Below are positions 59,267 through 64,000 of a stretch of 64,000 bases of DNA, in pieces (within the stretch, counting starts at the first letter, position 1; the number at the start of each line of letters is the position of its first letter). Origin of the DNA: an uncultured Lachnospiraceae bacterium (lineage in GTDB: Bacteria > Bacillota > Clostridia > Lachnospirales > Lachnospiraceae). The stretch lies in the NCBI GenBank assembly GCA_910577765.1, contig CAJTOV010000005.1:203-64202 (forward strand), written 5' to 3'. The position numbers and the translations under genes are program-made. The notes under the pieces were generated by a model. It worked only from the letters and a program-made list of their open reading frames with translations. It did no database searches and had not been told where the DNA came from.

Positions 59267-61231
59267 TTATCCCCGGTCAAAGCACCGCTGGCATTTGGGG
59301 AAGGGATATCCCACCGGCAAAAGACGCCCGCAGTACTGGCAGCGGGCAATGTAGCCTTTCTTTCCCTTCATCAGATACTGCATGATCCGGCCTTCCGTAT
59401 ATTCCCGCTCATGCTGCAGCCATTCCTCGTCGATGCGCTTGTCGAACCGCTGGGAGAACTGGTAATAAAGGTCCAGCTTCTTGTAGTAGGTCTCGTACCG
59501 CTGCATTTCCATCTTCCGCCGGTCTGCGCCCTTTTCCCAGTGTCTGCCGGGGCCGTCCTTTCTGGGATGCTCCAGACAGCCGTCTGCCGGGTAATTGCGG
59601 CAGTACTCCACCCACTGGCGGACCACCTCCCGGTCCTTCACGTCAATGGGACAGCTGATCATCTGGTACAGCACGTTCTTGTCCTGGAAATCCATGATGT
59701 AATCCTTGTGGCGCACCGCGTACCCGTAGAGGGTGAGAAGCTCGTCAATGCTGACCTTCTCAAAAGGCGGATCTGCCTTCTGGTCGTGCCAGATCTTTAA
59801 GATCACATCCAGAGGTTCCTCCATGCCCAGAAGGATCTGGGGGAAGCCAAGGCTTACCTTCTCAATGGGCTGTTCCTCCACATCCAGCCGTTCCCGCACA
59901 TATTCCAGGGCCAGGGGGCCCATGGCATTGACATAACCGGTATCATAGATTCCGAACCGGCCGGACCGTCCTGCGATCTGCTTGATCTCCTGGGCCCTCA
60001 GGCCACGGCGCTGGGTTCCGTCGTACTTTTCCGTCTGGATGAACACGATCCTCCGGACCGGAAGATTTAAGCCCATGCCGATGGCATCCGTAGCCACCAC
60101 CACCCGGGTCTGTCCGCTGGTAAAAAGCTGCATCTGGCGCCTGCGGATCTCCGGCGGCAGGCTTCCGTAGATAACGCTGGTCTCAATGCCCTGTTCCTCC
60201 AGGCGCCCGGCCACATCCAGCACGGATTTCTTGGAGAATACCACCAGGGCGTCCCCGTCCCGGACATCCTCCGGGAAGGAGAAGCTTTCCTCCTCACAGA
60301 CCAGGGCGGTCTTGCGCTCATACCGGTGAATCTCATAGTCATCGCCGCACAGCTCGATTAAATGCTTGACCACCGGCTCGGCTATGGGACTCATGCACAC
60401 ATGGATCTCGTCTGCCAGAATCCCCAGAATAGCCTTGGTCCAGCAGTGGCCCCGGTCCGGGTCCGCGGTCATCTGGGCCTCGTCAATAACCGCCACATCA
60501 TGGTACCGGTAGAAATTGGCCATCTCGATGGTAGAGGCGGTGACCCGGCTGTTCTCCTCCCGGATACACTCCTGGCCCGTAAGCATGGTGCAGGGAACCC
60601 CCAGCTCCATCATCCGCTCGTAGACCTCCAGGGCCAGAAGCCGCAGGGGGCCTAAATAGATGCCGTATTTGGCCTCTTTCAGCCGCTCCAGGGCCTGGAA
60701 GGTCTTGCCGCTGTTAGTAGGGCCGATGTGGAGCACGAAATGCCTCTGCATGTTTAAGGCATCGGGAAACTCCATCTCCGGCCGGGAGGGCACTAAGTCC
60801 AGGATCTTGGCCCGGACCACCTGCTGCTCATAGGTGTGGAACAGGTCAAACAGGGACTGGCGGCAGATCTCTCCCGACATCTCGGTCTCCAGCCAGAAAA
60901 AGATCCCCTCTCCCATCATCTTCTGCTCCTGACTGGTGAGCATGCTTAAGTCCAGACGCACCAGCTCCGGCACCACCTCATGCCTCAACCGGTTCTGGAT
61001 GGCCTTGTTGTGAAAATGAACCGCCCCGTAATACAGATTGTGAACCTGCCGGTGATAGTTCTCCAGCACCTCCCGGGTCATCCGGGTGCCCTTGGCCCGC
61101 TTCAGGGTCCGTACCACTGCGGTCACCCGTTCCGCATAGCCCTTGGTCCTGGCACCGGGAAGCTTGCGGGTGCGGTTGGCCTCGGTGTATTCCTTGATAT
61201 AGAATTCGATCAGTTGTTCTTTCTGGGTCAT
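59267..61231 (-). CDS. SUV3-like SF2 RNA/DNA helicase with a C-terminal Zn-ribbon
   Basis: GPTNSGKT, GPLRLLALEVY, DEAQM, YGSLPPE, ATDAIGMGLNL, QIAGRSGR; CQYC...CQRC. Start at ATG 61231. Confidence 0.9.
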   Translation of the reverse strand: MTQKEQLIEFYIKEYTEANRTRKLPGARTKGYAERVTAVVRTLKRAKGTRMTREVLENYHRQVHNLYYGAVHFHNKAIQNRLRHEVVPELVRLDLSMLTSQEQKMMGEGIFFWLETEMSGEICRQSLFDLFHTYEQQVVRAKILDLVPSRPEMEFPDALNMQRHFVLHIGPTNSGKTFQALERLKEAKYGIYLGPLRLLALEVYERMMELGVPCTMLTGQECIREENSRVTASTIEMANFYRYHDVAVIDEAQMTADPDRGHCWTKAILGILADEIHVCMSPIAEPVVKHLIELCGDDYEIHRYERKTALVCEEESFSFPEDVRDGDALVVFSKKSVLDVAGRLEEQGIETSVIYGSLPPEIRRRQMQLFTSGQTRVVVATDAIGMGLNLPVRRIVFIQTEKYDGTQRRGLRAQEIKQIAGRSGRFGIYDTGYVNAMGPLALEYVRERLDVEEQPIEKVSLGFPQILLGMEEPLDVILKIWHDQKADPPFEKVSIDELLTLYGYAVRHKDYIMDFQDKNVLYQMISCPIDVKDREVVRQWVEYCRNYPADGCLEHPRKDGPGRHWEKGADRRKMEMQRYETYYKKLDLYYQFSQRFDKRIDEEWLQHEREYTEGRIMQYLMKGKKGYIARCQYCGRLLPVGYPFPKCQRCFDRG

Positions 61232-61424
61232 GGTTTTCCTCGTTTTGTATTGGTCATGTTCCGGACCCAGGGCCCTGCCTCCCGAAAGCAGGAGTGCAGA
61301 GATCCCGGATATCTGATAGCGATTATAACAAGGGATTGGCGGGGATGCAACTGAAATCTTTGTATAGCAGGAAAGGACGGAAAGTCTTTGCAAAACTCAT
61401 AAGACCTTCCATCCTTTTTCTATT

Positions 61425-61616
61425 CTACTCTTTTATCTTGTCAATATCTGCCAGATTCACACCGCTGACCTGTAAGATTGCTTTCAGAGTCAGATATTCA
61501 TCCTTTAGTTCCGCATAAGTTTCCGTGGCATTTTCTTTACTTGCCAAAAGCATGTACTTTTGTATCTTTTTGAAATCATCCAGTGCTGCCTTTGTCACCT
61601 CTAAACCAGTCGGCAT
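61425..61616 (-). CDS. Small conserved hypothetical protein (63 aa)
   Basis: GGGGTGA RBS before ATG 61616; MPTGLEVTKAALDDFKKIQKYM... has amphipathic helical character and an upstream TAATAT -10-like element. Confidence 0.7.
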   Translation of the reverse strand: MPTGLEVTKAALDDFKKIQKYMLLASKENATETYAELKDEYLTLKAILQVSGVNLADIDKIKE

Positions 61617-61792
61617 TGTCTCACCCCTTCCATATGTTGGCCACCATATCATTACTATTAATATTATAGTTCAACATGGAAAAGGTGTAAAGCATATTCC
61701 GTTTTAGAGAAATGTTCTCCTTACTTTCTGTTACTGCTCATGGGGGATCTTCCTGTCCGGCTATGCCGGACAAGCAGCATCGTGAATTGTAA

Positions 61793-61900
61793 CTACACAT
61801 CCTCAAATCCCAGTCTCCACTGGGTCACAAAGGTCACTGCAAAGGCAATCGCCGCCGCAATCAGGGCATTGATCACATTGCGGGAGTCAGGGCCCACATT
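61793..61900 (-). pseudogene. C-terminal remnant of a PTS EIIC (sucrose/beta-glucoside-type)
   Basis: ...GPDSRNVINALIAAAIAFAVTFVTQWRLGFEDV* resembles the last TM helix plus the LGFED tail of EIIC; there is no upstream body. Confidence 0.55.
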
Positions 61901-62058
61901 CTGTCGGCCTACTGCTGGATATCCTATATTCCGCTTATTTTCTGCTGGATTATGACAGCCATTATGAGAAAAAGCTGGAGAAGGCCCGGATGCTGGAGAA
62001 ATTCTGCAAGTCATCCAATTCGGTGATTATGGGGGATGATACTAAAAATCATTCATAA
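61900..62058 (+). pseudogene. C-terminal remnant of a MurR/RpiR-like regulator
   Basis: Manual translation SVGLLLDILYSAYFLLDYDSHYEKKLEKARMLEKFCKSSNSVIM... resembles RpiR SIS-domain tails (LLDILY). Confidence 0.45.
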
Positions 62059-62172
62059 AACCTTTTCCGTATACGCCTTTTGTATCTGGCACAGTCATAA
62101 AAACATCCGGATCAACGGAATTGATCAGCTTCCTGGCTTCAGCAAACTGCCTGGCTTTTATCACACACCATG
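62042..62172 (-). pseudogene. C-terminal remnant of a YitT/DUF2179 membrane protein
   Basis: WCVIKARQFAEARKLINSVDPDVFMTVPDTKGVYGKGF matches the YitT C-terminal pattern (IDPxAFxxVxDxxxVxGxGF). Confidence 0.6.
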
Positions 62173-62319
62173 GCCGTGTAAAGAGCATTGCATACACCAG
62201 ATCCATTCCCAGTTTTCTGAATGATACTCCTCCGTCCATATTTCTTCTCATCCCTGACGCCCTAACCTGGACAAGCCGGAATCAAAACGTTGCCATTTTG
62301 CGTAGAGGTCCTTAAACGC

Positions 62320-62490
62320 CTAAAGTAGTGCTGACGCCAAAATGCTCTGTATGATCAGGATGATCGCGCCTCCCAGCCTGGAGGAAATCTGGGCAAAACA
62401 CATTAATTCCATTCTGTCCGCAGCGGTCAGAACCATAACGTCTCCATTTCCTGTCAGGGATTGATTATTTTCCGAATGTTTTGCCATCAT
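62320..62490 (-). pseudogene. 2-hydroxycarboxylate transporter (CitS/MaeN family) with a large in-frame internal deletion
   Basis: RBS and MMAKHSENNQSLT are fused directly to GNGDVMVLTAADRMELMCFAQISSRLGGAIILI, the 2HCT C-terminal signature; only 56 aa remain. Confidence 0.75.
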
Positions 62491-63190
62491 TTCCGTTTTC
62501 CTCCCCCATTTCAAATAAAAAGGCAATCATATGTTTTATGGACAGCAGATAATCCTCCATGATCAGATTCTCGTCCGGTGCGTGATGATTTCCACTGCTG
62601 TTTCCCGGGCCGATACCGACCACCGGCATATCTGCCCAGGCCCGCCTTATGGCAATGGCCGGTCCGGCTCCCAGTTGGGTCGGCTCAATCACCAGCGTTT
62701 TTTTGTATACCTGCCGGGCAGTCTTTTCCAGCATGTTTCTTTCGGGAATATTCACAGAAGTTTTTACCGGATAACTGTATCCCAGCATCTGTACCTCCAC
62801 ATCCTCAAATCCGTGGCTGTCAAGATGGTTCCTGAGCTGACGGCCGATCTTTACAGGATTCTGATTTGCTACCAGGTAGAAGGAAATTCTTGCCCAGGCC
62901 CTATGGGGTACAATTCCTCTTGGGCCCTGGTAAAGCTCCCCGGCCTCTAAGCCGCAGACAGACAGCGTAGGCTCCAGATAGATTCTTTTTTTCAGCTCAT
63001 TTCCCGTGGCGTTGCACAGAAACTCTTTCAGTTCCAAATTTTTTCTTATTTTTTCTTCCTCATAAGGAAGCTGTTCCAGCAGTTTTAATTCTTCTTCCGA
63101 CGGCGGAATCACATCCTCGTAAAATCCTTCCACCGCGATCCGCTCGTCCGGCCCTTTCAGTGTGGACAACGCCCAGATCAGCCTCTCCCA
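62465..63190 (-). pseudogene. 5'-truncated M20/M25/M40 metallopeptidase
   Basis: RLIWALSTLK...GFYEDV...HHAPDEN is the C-terminal half; an in-frame stop just upstream removes the N-terminal metal-binding region. Confidence 0.8.
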
Positions 63191-63192
63191 TT

Positions 63193-63624
63193 ATTCCCAC
63201 CGCTGCCGGCCTGAAATTTTTGGAAAAGGCCAGAATCATTGCCGACCTGGAGGACTCCCTTCTTGTGGACTGTACACATAGTTCCACGGATCTTCACGGA
63301 ACTCTGAGCCTGGGGATAACGCCGGAATTTTCCAGCGTGATTCTGCCCTGTATTCTCCCCAATTACATAAAAACCTTCCCCAATGTGAATCTTCACATTA
63401 CGGAAGGCTCTAACCTTGAACTTGTAGAAAAAATCAGGCAGCACAAAGTGAAGCTGGCACTTATCACCTCTATGCCCCTTGAACCATCCCTTATATTTGA
63501 AAATCTTCAGGATGATCCCATCGTCCTTGCAGTACCTGCTTCACACCCAGTGTCCAGGCTTTTTGATCTGTCTGTCAATTCTCCCCTGAGTCCCTATTTT
63601 CTGGATTCCGAAAGGATTAAATAA
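63193..63624 (+). pseudogene. LysR-family regulator fragment lacking the HTH and C-terminus
   Basis: PTAAGLKFLEKARII...GTLSLGI...FPNVNLHITEG...LAVPASHP; it ends abruptly at the IS left end. Confidence 0.8.
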
Positions 63625-64000
63625 AAGTTTCCCAACCTGTCGGACTATAGAAATAATCGTTCAATCCGGCAAAATCGACATTTGTGACTGCCTGATAACC
63701 GTATGGCGGCAAAGAACCATGGAACAGAGGGTATTCTAAGGATGCCGTCCCTGGCTTTTGGCCTGAGTTCTTTGCAAAATATATCATAAAACCCTTGAAT
63801 ATATAGTCCTGTGATTATATAATGGGACTATATAAAGGAGGATTTTTTATGGCAGTTCCAGAAGATATCCGTGCAGTCCCAAGACCCGTGAACACCATCG
63901 TGGATGACAGCGGCAGGGATGGTCCGAAACGCTTTGCCGTAAGGCAGAGGACTTCATCAAAATATGTGCCTGGCGGAAACCCGCAGCCGCACAACGGCAG
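63625..64000 (+). mobile_element. Insertion sequence, left end (IS1634/IS4-superfamily-like); continues beyond the window
   Basis: Abrupt truncation of the LysR frame at about 63624, a promoter TTGAAT-17-TATAAT (63795-63823), an AAGGAGG RBS and a transposase-like N-terminus. The exact terminus is uncertain. Confidence 0.6.
63849..64000 (+). CDS. Transposase N-terminus (partial)
   Basis: MAVPEDIRAVPRPVNTIVDDSGRDGPKRFAVRQRTSSKYVPGGNPQPHNG resembles Clostridial DDE transposase N-termini; recognised from memory, and the DDE core is not visible. Confidence 0.65.
   Translation, partial: MAVPEDIRAVPRPVNTIVDDSGRDGPKRFAVRQRTSSKYVPGGNPQPHNG

Noticed and set aside
1..64000. Reverse transcriptase/DGR/retron, tRNA/rRNA, or recognisable phage-defence genes
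   Set aside because: No YADD-type RT, cloverleaf, rRNA or known defence signatures were seen.

Overview
A 64-kb chromosomal window from a Clostridia/Lachnospiraceae-like Firmicute (taxon inferred from gene content and sigma-A promoters). The backbone is housekeeping: a glucose-family PTS with a RAT/BglG antitermination system, addBA, ftsH, pyrG, a SEC-C/methyltransferase/hslO/udp/deoC/cdd/deoB run, pfk, a GGDEF-EAL protein, SpoIID, AI-2E, 6S RNA, a radical SAM protein, FliB, Dus, nth and a SUV3-like helicase. Two catabolic clusters of unknown substrate interrupt it: (i) Liv-type ABC, 2 SDRs, 2 CE4 deacetylases, a zincin and PucR; (ii) Opp-type ABC, an atypical ICL/PEP-mutase, a cupin and GntR. 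The most notable item is a solitary DUF927/Cch/SaPI-Rep-like AAA+ helicase gene (44734-46404). It is preceded by an AT-rich array of ten ACCCGA/TCGGGT hexamers in alternating orientation, mostly phased 21 bp apart, ending in a perfect 26-bp inverted repeat, and it lies in a zone of strong G-over-C strand skew. This resembles an origin+Rep module, but no integrase or primase is nearby. Also notable are a stand-alone ~235-nt non-coding transcription unit (promoter, CodY-like box, short hairpins, many GGA motifs, terminator; about 54837-55180) and a mosaic of at least six gene remnants abutting an IS transposase at the right end. All calls were made by eye from motifs; no database searches were run.
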